From NCBI GenBank assembly GCA_964234715.1, contig OZ174276.1: a stretch of 64,000 nucleotides of DNA, one strand, 5' to 3'. Shown here piece by piece: positions 48,764 to 61,870 of this stretch; the stretch's first letter is position 1, and each line of letters starts with the position of its first letter. Both the position numbers and the translations under genes were made by a program. Origin of the DNA: Podarcis melisellensis. Taxonomy: Eukaryota. The notes below the pieces were generated by a model, which was not told the origin of the DNA, searched no databases, and was given only the letters and a program-made list of their open reading frames with translations.

Positions 48764-51700
48764 GGGGGAGGGAGGGAGGGAGGGAGGGAGAGAGACCAAC
48801 AGACCAGTGACTGCTTGTTTTTATTTGCATCCAGTTTGTATCATAATTGCAGTGGCCTCACTCAAGGCTTAAACGCATCATTAGGCAGTAATGGCTTTGC
48901 TTTCTGACTGAAACTGCTGTGTCTTCTGCCAGTGGCCTTTATATTTTAGTAACTGAAGCAGTAGTATATCAGGTCTTCTTTTAAACATGAGAATGTCTGT
49001 TATTCAGGGGAGGATCTGTCATGAGCCACTTGCCTCTGTTCTAGTTTTCTACCTGTATAGAATTTTGTGGTGCAGTCTACTCTACCTGTAGAAGCTGGGG
49101 TCTGAGATTTTTGCAGAAGTATGTAAAAACAACAACTTGTATTTTGAATTAGGAGCTCAGAGGGTTTTTGGGTTGGATTTAGCTGAAACTGGAGAGGGGC
49201 TGGGAGGGGGCTTCTTTGGGAATGTGGTGCAGAGTTAGCAGAACTACCTGTTAAGTAAAATGTATATTATAAAGACTCCCTAAGCCTCAGTCATCAAAGC
49301 AAATAAAAGGCAGTAGTGTTGCCCTTGGATTTCTCATTGTGTCAGGGAAAGGAGGAATGTTTAACAATATATTGGAAGCATGCCTAGGCTGCAGTTCTGT
49401 GCATGCTTACCTGGGAATAAGCTCCATTGAAAACAGTGAGACGTACTTTGGAGTAGACATGACTAGGCCTATGCTGTTAGCCAAGTTACTGCTACAAGAC
49501 TTTGAATTGTGGAATCTTCAGGGCATTGAGGGGTTTGTTTTCCAAAGAAAAATGCATTAACTGTGTTGTGTAGTTTCCATTTCCAGTTGACATCCCTCGT
49601 TGGATAAAAAAAAAACAAAAATCTGATTGCATTTACAAGCTGCTTTTGAAGTACTATGTTCAAGGGTGTTTAAATGACATCATTTGTCTACATGACTTTC
49701 ACCTTCATGGAAAAGCATTTCCACAAAGCAAACTGTTAGCAAATTGACTTCTGTTTCCTATTGCCAAGTGTTTATGAGCAGCAGTCTAATGTACTTTAAG
49801 TCCTGATAATGAGGAGGGTAGTGTGATGTTAGCAAGACCTTGACATTAAAGAGGAAAAAAGCCCAAATGATTTTGTGCGGCGATGTTATGTGATGTGAGC
49901 AGATGATAGGTACTTCAAAGAAAGCATAGTGCAAATATTAAACCTTAATGGCAAACTCTCAAGGGAAGAAGTTTCTTCTCTGCAGTTGGCATACTATTCT
50001 TATTAGTATAAAACATGGCCACATTGGAAACATCAATAATAATGTGCTTTCTTTTACGAAAAGGTTAAGCCTATTTAGATTTGCTAACTAGGTAAGAGAG
50101 GGACATTAGTCTGGTTCACACATCATTGTCTTAATGAATAAGATTTATAACCAAGCCTCCCATTGTCTCTATTGATTTCCAAAAGAAGGCAGCAATGTTG
50201 CTTCTTCCAGAAACTGGTACAGGCAGCAACAGAGGCTTCAGTCACATACCCAGCCTTGCTTTGCCCTGTAGTTTGGTATGGATAGGTTCATGCATGCACT
50301 GGTTGTTTTGCATATATGTTGCCATTGGTTATATGCTATATTAAGGCTGCAGTCCCACTTGAGCTTACTAGGGAGAAAGTTACATTGGCCACAATGGGAC
50401 TTACTTCCAAGTAAACATGCATGGGACTGTGATATAAGTTTCTGTTTATATAAACTTATAAAGATATGCTGCTGGTAGCAGTAAAGCATATTAAAGAAAG
50501 CTATAAAGAACTGTAGATCAATAATTGAGGTGTCTTGATGCCCCTTGAATATAGTAAGCAGCAAAACAGTATTTTCTCAGACAGGGTGATTCATTTCAGT
50601 TCTCTCCTTGAAGATAAAGTTATGCCCCAAAGCAATACTATTTCAGAAAAACCCAATATTTCAAAGATTTGTTGTTGACATTTGCTTACCATTTGATCAA
50701 GTGTCAGTGGCTTGATTGTTTAATGCAAACAAAGATCATCTACTGTTCAAAAAATAAAACCACCAAACTAGAGATCCATGTGCAGTGTAGGAAGCACACT
50801 GGTTTTTTTCTTCACCCACAGGCTGCCTGCACTTTTTTAGTTTAAGAAAACAGATTTCTTGTTTATATATATCTGAGTAGACATGCAAAGACTGTTCTGT
50901 TAGCCAGGTTATTGCTGCAGGGCAATTCTCACAAGCCATTGCATTCTGAAGTATCTGGAAGTTACTGCTGCTCAGGACTTCTAAAATCAGTACATTTTGG
51001 AAAATTCCTGGATGTAATTGGCAACATTTAGGAGACTGTTTTTCAGCTGGTGGTCCAGTCATAGAAAGAAAGGAAAAACTATTTGAAGCAAAAGCTGTGA
51101 CTGGGTTCTTAAGCACAGCACATACTTAGGGCTATTGTATGCATTGCATTTTTCTGGTATAATGAGAATTCTATTTGAAGTACTGTGCAGATATTCTTTC
51201 TGATGTATAGATATGGACTAGGCATTGTTGGCCTGGGTGTAGTCTGAAATTCAAGAGAGCTGCTAGCAGTCAATGTATTGATGACAATACTGAGCCACAT
51301 TGACTAATTACCTGCCTCCATATAAGGCAGCGTCCTATGTTCCTAATGAACTTACTTTCCTTGCATGACATAAAAGTCAAGCTACCAAATCAGAATGACA
51401 ACTGAGGTTTACTGATGCCCCCTTGAATATTTTTTTCTTAGCCAGTTTCTTAGCCAGTTAATTACAATCCCAGCAAGAGAGTAACAAGTTAGGCACAGCA
51501 GGTAGTATCCACTCATCACAGTTCTTCACTTATAGTAGAAGTTTTGGCCAGAGGAAAAAGTATTTTAAAAAACCCAAAATTTTAAAAAAGTAATTGTTTA
51601 AATACTTTCTTGTTCCTTCCTGAAGCATCTCTCTGTTCAGTTTTTTATTATTAGAAAACCATTATATGACGTCAGACAGGGCAGCCCTTAATTCATATTA

Positions 51701-53659
51701 CCATCACTGCTACTCATGGCACTTATCAGCAATCTTCTCTTGTTCACTCTGATCACTGAAAGCAATGAGAACCCAATTGTACAGTTTTCATGCTGAATCA
51801 GTGCGTTCTTCTTTCTGTCTCAGAATCACAGCTGCCTTCCTATAAATCAACTATTGTGACCTGAACATGCAGTTCTGATACCACTCATGCTTTTCCTCTG
51901 CCCTTGTCTTTCTCCCCGGGACACATTATTAAACAAATTACTTGAAAGTGCTGCTTCAGTTTTCATTGCTGATTCTCTACTGCTCTTCATTTGCCTCATT
52001 CCTGCTTGCAACACAGTTTGACTCTGTGACGTAACCTCAGAAGGCATAAATAATACATTCTCAGCTCAGCTCCTAAGGTGCTTTCCAGTGAGAAGCATAA
52101 CTCTATTCTGAGTTCTTGGAAGATGGCTCTGCTAAGTAGGAGAATTTTGGTAAATGACAGCAGGCAATATTCACATTGGGAGGGACAAAAGCCACTCTTA
52201 ATTAACTAAAGTGATTACAGAATTTAAAAATGTGGTGTTTTAATTAGGCTGCCATTAATTAATTATTAATGGGTGTTTGTAAACAATATTTATGCTGAGC
52301 AATCAATGTAGAACTCCTTAATCATTTGCCCCACTCCAGTGATCTGTTTCAGATGCCAATTATTCCAGTGTGTACATAGGAGGCTCCCTCAGCAGCAATA
52401 GTTTTCCAGCTAAATTAAACAAACAGAGCAGATTAGTGTGAACAACAAATCTGCTGGAATGCACATGGATCTCTGGTTCAGAGCATTGTTATTGTTGTGA
52501 ACAGTAGAGATCCATACACAATCTGCATCTAAAAGCAATCCGTTAATATGTTGCAAGAGTTGTCATATTTCTACATACTAATAATTTTGTCCAAAAATTC
52601 ATAAGCGTTGGACATTGCATAAGCATATGTTTCAAATAAGCATTTTCTTTATATCCCCAGCAACATGTTGTCTGTACAAATTGATCAGAGTCCAATAAAT
52701 TCTAAATATTATTTTTTGTTGTATAAAATGTAGTTTATAATCTAATGACACACTTGCTTCAGAAACATTACTTACATAAACTTTCAAGCTTTGCCATACT
52801 AGCTGTAGGATACGACATGTCTTTGCAGCTGAATACTTGCCACATGCCAAACATGAACTATTGTTATCAAAGAATAACATGGATTGCTAAATCTCACAAG
52901 TTGTTCTGGCGAGATGTTCTACCCTTATATTATTTTAAAGCTGCTCTTGTATAATCCTATTTTTTCTTTTCTTCTGGTCAATTCTTAGGTCTATTGCTGT
53001 ACTTGTGCCCTAGTTGTCATTTTTGTTACCTTATTATCCCTCCTGTGTGCTTCTCATCTCATCATTCAAATTTACACTCTCTGAGAACATGGATGATATT
53101 TTGTCATTTTGCATAATCTTCAGGTTGTCATTTGTAATTAAAAAATTAATCTAACAAACTAAAAGCAAGTGATAGGCGGACCAGACCTATTAATGTTTAC
53201 TTGGATTATATCCCACCACATTCAATGTATAGGTTTTGGGTTTTCCTTAAATGAAATGGGACTAAGTATCTATATTTAAAAACTAACAGCACAGTTCTTT
53301 GCATGTCTACTCAGAAGTACACCCCATTGAGCACAAGCTGCAATCCTGTACTCACATACCTGGGAGTAAGTCCCATTCAGCTTGATGGATCCTACTTCTG
53401 AGTAGGCTTGCCTAGGCACTGTAAGGGCATTATCACATCTCTTAAAGTAACATCTTCCTCTTTGGCATACACTACATACTGTTGTATTACCTTACTCTAT
53501 AATATGATACCTCTCTTTTCCCCATTGGACCCTTCTCCCATACACATACATGCACAAAAAGGCGGCATTGCTTCATGCAGGGGATGGACTGAATTACCTT
53601 ATAATTATTTCTTTAAATTCTAAGATTATTTAAGTCTAGAAAATTGAGCAGGGAGAGCT

Positions 53660-54205
53660 GCTTGCACTTCAACAAAGTAAGTTATAGTGCCACTCTATTC
53701 TGCTTTTGCCAGATCCCATCTAGAGTGCTGTGTCCTGTGCACCATAATTTAAGAAGCATATTGAAAAGCTGGAATGTGTGCAAATGAGGGTGACCAAGAT
53801 GATAAAGGGTCTGGAAACCAAGCCTTATAATTAATGGTTGAGGGTGCTATGTATGTTTAATCTGGAGAAGAGAAGACAGAGAGGTGATTTGATAGCCACC
53901 TTCAGATACTGTATCCAAAGGGTTGTCACATGGAAGATGGAGCAAGGTTGCTCTTGCTACTCCATAGGGTAGGACCATAACCAATGGATTAAAATTACAA
54001 GAAAGAAGATTCAGACCAAACATTGGGAAGAAATTTCTTACAGACTACCTTATTTGAAGGTTTTAGCCTCTCCTTCAGTGAATGTTTTTCAATAGAGGTT
54101 GGACGGTCATCTGTCAATGATTCTTTAGCTGTTATTCCTGCATTGCAGGGGATTGAACTAGATGATCCTTGGGGTCTCCTTCCAACTCTACAATTCTATG
54201 ATCCC
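53660..54205 (+). mobile_element. CR1 LINE 3' end
   Basis: ORF2 end (ttgaaaagctggaatgtgtgcaaatgagggtgaccaagatgat) and CR1 tail ccttccaactctacaattctatga. Confidence 0.8.
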
Positions 54206-57200
54206 ATGAATTGTTCCAACCAGTGGTGCATGGTCAGTAGACATGGGCAACTAGGCTAATTCCCTAAATGTTCCCAGTAAGCTTTAAAACCTGGTGCCTC
54301 CTTCCCAAAGCCCAGGAAGCTTCTGACCGGCTTAGGGAGAGAGGCATTATGCTAATGCGTGCGACGTCAAGGACATCAAGCACACTACGTCTCGTCCCCC
54401 CATCACCCTCGCAAGCACTAACCTCTGGCGCTAATTGTTCCCCTACGAAAAATTCCATTGAATACCACTGGTTCCAACTGACAGTTTCTACTTTTGATGT
54501 GATGTGTTAGTACTGGGAGGAAGTTCCTAGTCCTCATGTGCATGTACAAGGATATGCATATGCAAAATCACAGCTTAGCATTAATCACATGATACCCAGG
54601 CCTATACTTGAGTCTTGTGGGAGGAGATTGGAAACTCACAGAATCTCTCAACCGCAGCAATTGTAAAAGCTAACCTGTCCCTTGTCATTCAAATAGGCTT
54701 CCATCCATGCCACAAAGGCATCCCTTCAATTATCCCTCTGCTGCGCCCATCTCCATAATGTAAAATGTAAAATTTTCCACTCCAGAGAACCTAGCTTCAA
54801 ACAGGTTCTATTCAGATATTGTAACTAACTGCTAACTCACCTGAGGCTCCAAGTTAATGATTCCTCATAAATCTAGACTTGCAAAAAGGCCATACAGTAT
54901 CCAGACAGCCGTGTTTGGTGCCCAAAAGCCCACTTAGTGGTACAGGGATCTTGCTCTAAACATGGTTGCCAAACATTGAGCAATCCCCTCTATAACACCA
55001 GGACAAGAAACACTCATCATTTCAGCACTGGATATCCTTCACCTGAAATTCAAAGCAGAAATGAGTTAGGACACTAAAATTACTTTTTAAAAATGTTCTT
55101 CCTGAGCAATTTTATTTTTAAGACTACAGTCACAATTCTTCTGGGTAAGAACTGATGGAACACAATTAAATCTCAAACCACCACCAAAAAATCTCTTGCA
55201 GCTTCCACTATAATGCTTTTCCTCCTTGACATTATAGTGGCATATGTGTCTCAAGGGGATGGCATTTATGGGTGGGAAACACCCATCAGTCTTAATTATT
55301 TGACAGGTGGCCATACCTCTGATTCTTCCACACAGCAAGCATTGAGAATGGTGGTTTGTGCTCCAGAGAAATAGGAACATAGGAAAATGATTTGCACCAC
55401 CAGACCATCAGTCAATAGCTCACAATTTTCTACACTAACAGGGGTTCTCCAGGGTTTCAGAAAGGACATTCCCAGCCCCACCTGTAGATGCCAGGGATTT
55501 AACCTGGGACCTTCTGCATTAATAACCCAAAAAAGATACTACCATAGAAAGTGCAACAACCATGTCACATTACATTCCTCTTTGAGGGATTGCTTCTCAG
55601 ACGTCACTGTATATTAGCTTTTAAAGCCATTATATTGTTCATGCTCCCCGATCATATTTTGCATTGCCTTTATTTAGTTACTATTTTATCTATTATTATT
55701 GCAATTATATTGGATTGAACACTGTGTTTATTTATGTGTGCATGGTCACTGATTGCTTCTAGCTATTTAAAGCTTCTGCTTTTATAGATTGGATGTGTAG
55801 CAGAGGATTCAGTCCAATATTTTGTACAAATTGATAGGGTTTGGGCACTGATGCCAAGGATTCTTCACAACAGGAGGTTGAAGGAAAAAGTGATCATCTG
55901 TGCGGCAGTAGCATCTGCTCCAGCCCCTCTGGCATCCTTTTTGGGAAGGAAAATAGAGAAGAATAAGCAATTGCAGGCCGCAAAATGAAGTTAGCTAAAC
56001 ACGCACACAATTCAAGTGTGCTAATACTAAAGAGTTTTATGGTCAAATTTCCTAAACTCTAATTACAATCCCAGCAAGAGAGTAACAAGTTAGGCACAGC
56101 AGGTAGTATCCACAAAGCTGCTGATGACTTTGCTAATCCCACATTCCTCTCAAAATAAAATAATAAAATTATAATATGATAAACGTTAAATGTAGCTGGC
56201 TTATCTTTCAGAAGTCATTATAATGAAATTGTCCAGTGGTGAGAAACACCTGTATTAAATGCTTGGAAAATTCAAATTTCCATATTTCAACATTCAGATT
56301 TTGACACACACACACACACAATGTTGAACTGCTAAAATGCTTACACGGTTTATACAATCAACCATCTCTTGCAAAATAATTGTTTGTTGGGGGTGTGTGC
56401 AAGGACTTGGGCAGAAAATTATTTTTGGTGGGCACAGAATGGGCACAGTTCATTTTTGAGTTGGTGAAATATTCATGCACAAGAATGATTGCAAAACCCA
56501 CAATGCAAAGTGAAATCCATCCATTAGGATTTGTGCACCTTTTGTTCCTTAACATCACTGAACATGCATTTAGCACCCAGAACATACACATAGGCTTCCT
56601 GGTGCCACAAGTTTCATGAACCCAAGACATATTATTGGGGCCATGTTTTCCATTCATTATGTACCACCATTATTTACGTAATATTTCTACTCCACATTTC
56701 CAAAAAAAATCACAAGATGCAACGGTTGGACAAACATGATTCTGCTTTCATGTCCACGTGAGCAATATGATATACCCCTGTAGGTTTTTTTTTATTACAT
56801 ATGTAATGGCTGCTTTTGAGCCCATACATTTTTCAGACGAAAGCTTGACATGTACATAATGCACTGTGATTTTAAGTGAATCTTCATCCTTCCTGCAGCC
56901 CCCACATCTAGAACTCTGCTTCAGACAGTTGGAATAGCTGAAAATTGCTTCCCTCCCCATTATACCGAAGGAAGCCTTACCACCAGCTGAGTGACACCAT
57001 TGGATTGAACCCCATTTTTACACAATGTAGCTTAAGCTCAGAAGATGAGTGAAACTCCCTACTGATAATGCCATGGTGCTGATCAAAAGGAACTGCATGG
57101 GAGCTTTGGCCTCTTCGGTGTGCGTACTAAAGAGGGGGAGCGTGCTGCCTGCCAAAGCACTTGTGTATCTCTAGAAAGTTCCAAAATGAGGCCCAGTGCA

Positions 57201-58093
57201 GGGGCAGAAGCCATATATGTCTGCAAAGATGACTACTTGAAGAACCAGTGGTAAACAACCATGATTTAAGAGCCTCTTTTACTTTACTCTTACAATGCAT
57301 GTATGTCAGCTAGTGCTCATTCTCTTCTGAGGCCTCAGCACTGCCAAAATCTCCCCCTAGGAGTATGTGTTGGGAATCGTTCACTAGGCTGAGTGTTTGT
57401 ATTGGGGTGTTTTATGGATAGTAGGTTTGTTGGCAAAATTTAATATTTTGAAATTTATGTGAGCACCTCTAAAGCTCTGGCCTCAAACTGATCCCAGTAT
57501 TGTTCAGTTAAGCAACATGATTAGTAATGGCTATAAAATTTGCTTTAAGTCCTTAGGTCATATAATCAGGAAAGGTATTAAAAATTTAATACACTGCCTT
57601 TCTAACAAGTATACATGTTGACTTAGGTGGCTGCCGTTTATACTAAAATATTCTCTCTGTTGCTTCCTGGCATTTCTCAGAAGCATATAAACAGTTCTGA
57701 AGCATCATAGTAATATTTATTGATATATATTTTATATAGTAAGCTTGCTGTATATTATTAAAGAATCATTAGCTGAGACTCAGCTGGTCAGAACTGGGCC
57801 TAAATCCAATTCAAATCAAGCATATTTTTCTCATGGATGTTTTCAATATTTGCAATGAAATTACTTTTAAAACTCCAGTGTGCTTTATCAGTTTCATACT
57901 CTGTGCAGAATAAATCAAGTAGCTGCCTGATATTCTGTAACATTTTATTAGCCGGCAGTATGGTATTGTCCCTTCTTGGTATGCAATCCAGCTACAAACA
58001 GTGGTTTATGGAATATTGGGACAAACAATTTCAACTCCCCATTGAATGTAGCAATCATGGTTGTAAAAGAAAGCCCAAATGTTGCCATACATT

Positions 58094-59259
58094 GGGGGCC
58101 ACTAGGGGGCGCATTGGAAGATGGCCAACAATACCATCTCTCCGACCCACACGAGGTAATTAAGAGGCTGTTATGGGAGTAGGCAGCCTCCCTTGTTGCC
58201 CCAAGGAAATGGGGAACACTGCCCTTGCCTGCTGTGCCTATAAATCACCCCCTGATTTGAAAGAAGGGGGTGAGGGCCCTAGGCAGAATGCACCTGTGTG
58301 GACCTCGGCTCTCCTGGACGCTGTCTCTGATCGCGCACTAGCTGCAGCAATTTGGAATAATTAATTACTAAAGAAGCAATTGCACATATTTCAAGTGAAG
58401 AAGGGGAGTGAAGTCTGCTAATTTAAGTGACTTCTGCAAAAGAAGACGACGGGTTGGAGAAACAGGAATATTTTACGATGAAGATACACCAAAGGCTGGG
58501 TATGTTGACAATGGGGGGGGGGAACCTTTTTTACTTTCAATGGGGGGGGGGAACCTTTTTTACTTTCCTTCTATGTGATTTACAAGAACCCCTCCTCATT
58601 AGAATCGTCGGTTGAACTGACCCAAGGAGGATGATTAAGGTCTGTGTGGAGATAAACTTTAACCAAAAGTATGCTTTATGGAGATCGGGAAGCAATAAGA
58701 GCTTTTGGAATGGCGCAGCAATTAATTTGGAGTCGCCATCTTGCCAAAGGATTTATAGCCGGGAGGAAGAACGGACTTGTTTTCAGACTGCATTCCTGGT
58801 GAATCTCCTCAGAGGTTTTGAGAAAGGAGGCAGATTGGTGAAGATTAATGACGCTAAGACTGTTTTGATGTATGGAAGTGATGTTATATGGAAAACGTCT
58901 GGATATGGCTACTGGATAAAAAATAATAATATCCACGCAGGATTACAAAATGTTCTAACCAGCTTGTGGAGACTATCAGAGGTCACAAAGAGAAAGGAAA
59001 AATATATGAAAATAACAACAAGAGATGTGGAAAAATAATAAGAAAGGACTGGATAGTACTGTGAACATCATAAGGTTAGATTTGTGGACATTAAAACATC
59101 AGTAAGAAGCAAGAAGTTGATTGGATCCCCTTCGGAACTTGAAATATGAGTACCCCCAACAAAAATGTAAAATTCGGCTGTGTAATTTGGAATTTATGTA
59201 ATTTGGTTTGATTTGATGTGATTGGTCGGTTAATAAAAAATTATTCTTAAAAACCCCCA
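58094..59259 (+). mobile_element. Non-autonomous L1-like retroposon, 1166 bp, 18-bp TSD
   Basis: TSD caaatgttgccatacatt at 58076-58093 and 59260-59277; G-rich 5' end with AAGATGGC; AATAAA and A-rich 3' end. Confidence 0.7.
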
Positions 59260-60186
59260 CAAATGTTGCCATACATTTGCCCCGCAGAAAACATGTGTAA
59301 GTGTTTCCTTAAATAAACCAAAGGCTAGGTGTTACAGTTACCAATTGGACCACCTTGTAAAAATAATAGGCCCAATCCTTGTTACTCATAAAACAGATGA
59401 CACGAAAAGAGTATTGGGCAGCAGGACTAAATTTCAGATGGGTTGATCTGAATTGGGTGTGCCACTCCAGTAAAGTTAGAATGTTAAAACTCAGGGAATG
59501 AAGAGCAAGTATTTTTTGCAACTTTGATAGTTCATATTGGTTCATATTATGGAAGGACATCCTTTTGAGATTCTCCCTATGATACCAAAACCACCCAAAT
59601 ACCTTATTATCCTTTCAACACTGGGGAATTAATCTGGTGTCATTTTTTTTTTTTTTTTGCATTCAGAATTCTATAAGAGAAAAAAATATTTCTGACACTT
59701 AGGCAGAAAAATAATTATTTCCCTGATAGAGAGAGAGTTTTGATTTACAGAGTAATAATTTTTACTGATACAATTTTAAAGTCTTTATTGATCACAGCAC
59801 ACGTTAAGCAGATTAGCCAGAGCAGGATGAAAAAGATCTCATGAAACATGTCTTTGGTGGAACCAACCTTTTATCTACCAGATGCCTTCTATAAATGAAT
59901 CAAAATCTGACAAAATGTTCAGAAAGCAAATATAATAGTAAATTAAGGGAGCAGAAAGGTCAAATTATATTACAGAAGAAAACTTAATTATTTTAAAGCT
60001 CTCCCAAAGACTGTGCAGGCCACTATATTGCATATCTCCTTAAATAATAGAATCTGGGCATCACAATTAGACACAAGAACAGAGTAAGGCCACAGAATGT
60101 CATCACCCACTTACATTCAGAAGGAAGGATATTGGGAGACAGTGGCCAGTATACCTTGCAATGTGAAGTGTGTGAAGCTGCTTTAA

Positions 60187-60223
<37 letters not shown>

Positions 60224-61334
60224 CTTGAACATTCAAATCCTGCTGCACTTCCACCAGCCACACCATAACACAGCTAATCCCCAGCCATCTGTTGCAAAGC
60301 AAATGCCTAGTCCCAGGCAGCAATTGTATACTCAAGGGGTTGGAGATGGTTGATGAAGGACCCTGAGTATGATGCAGGGAAATGTTGGTCTCCCACCAAG
60401 GGTGAAAGGGTTGGAGGGGAAAGGAAAGATCCCAAGGGAGAACTAATAGGGGCTACTACCTTCTGTGGGTGGTAAGGGTTAAGAACTACCTTTAAGAGAG
60501 GACTCTGTATTTTTCTTATTTTTTGGTACTTTTTGTAGCTGTTTTGGTTTTATTAAACTTTAATAAAAATGCAGGGACCTCAACTAAAGCATACTTGACA
60601 GATGGCCATCCTGTTAAAGGATGGACCCTAGCCAGGAATAAAAGCAGAAACCCTGTTTAAAAACAGACTTTCTAAGGTACCAAAGATGTTCAAATCCCTT
60701 CTCATGAATGATTATTCTCTACACATCAAGAGTAATTTGCTATATTCTTTGCTCAGAAATAATTGGGGGTTCTTGTTTCACCTCCTGCTGTGAGTATGAG
60801 TATGACTCCCATTAGGGAGTCTGGTAATCAGATTAGGCAATGAGATTTTTTTAATAAATCCAAAATATTCTAAATTTGATTTTACCACCAAACAACTGAT
60901 ACTCAGTTATGCTCTCCAGACTGTTTGATTGGATAACAAGTAAAGACATTTGGAGATACTGATAAACATATCCTCTATGGGCACATTTAAATATGTGTTT
61001 CTTCATCGGCCAGCAGGAACTATAAATCTTTCAAGGCAAATCATTGCTCTTTTTCTAGAGACTCCTTTCTGTGTTTTTTGCTTGGCACTGATGCACTTTT
61101 ATTTCTGAGGAAAGAGGAAATTTGCATGAACCTACAGGAAGGAGACCTTGTAGAATCACCTTTCCAGAAAGAATGAAAAGGTAGTTTTTATTCTTGCTGC
61201 TAAAGCAGCACAACACTGGGAACAGATTATCCTGTTTCTGTTGAATGCATGAAGGAAGAAGGGAGATATTCTTTCATTTCTCCCATTTTTTATTATTTTT
61301 ATTATTAAATAGATGTATGTCCTACTGCTACTAA

Positions 61335-61430
61335 CATGAGTTTGACCAAACTGCAGGAGGCAGTGGAAGACAGAAGTGCCTGGCATGCTCTGGTCGGACA
61401 CAACTAAACGACTAAACAACAACAACAATA
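61335..61430 (+). mobile_element. BovB (RTE) LINE 3' end
   Basis: aaactgcaggaggcagtggaagacagaagtgcctggcatgct...ggacacaactaaacgactaaac followed by (aac)n. Confidence 0.75.
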
Positions 61431-61509
61431 ACATGTTCTACCACAAAGATGCAGAGACAAAGAGACACATGGTTAAAAATGACAGAGAATCAAAAGGGTA
61501 GTTTGGACT

Positions 61510-61870
61510 AAGGTAAAAGGTAAAGGACCCCTGGACGGTTAAGTCCAGTCAAAGGCGACTATGGGGTGTGACAGTAGGCTCACTTTTCAGGCCAAGGGAG
61601 CTGGCATTTGTGCACAGACAGGTTTCTGGGTCATGTGGCCAGCATGACTAAACTGCTACTGGGACACGGAGGACCATGATGAGTGCCACAGCACATGGAA
61701 ACTCTGTTTACCTTCCCACCACAGTGGTACCTATTTATCTATTTGCACTGGTATGCTTTCAAACTGCTAAGTTGGAAGCTGAGACAGAACAATAGCAGCT
61801 TACTCGGTTGCACGGATTCGAACTGCTGACTTTCTGATCAGCAAGCCCAAGAGGCTCAGTGGTTTAGACC
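61510..61870 (-). mobile_element. Sauria SINE, older copy
   Basis: aaggtaaaaggtaaagg tail, SINE body, ggattcgaac B-box. Confidence 0.8.

Noticed and set aside
61156-61434. Possible last exon of KCNMB1 or a KCNIP1 exon, expected from human synteny
   Set aside because: No convincing similarity; part of the ORF is a BovB tail. No exon of either gene was recognised in 39.6-64 kb.
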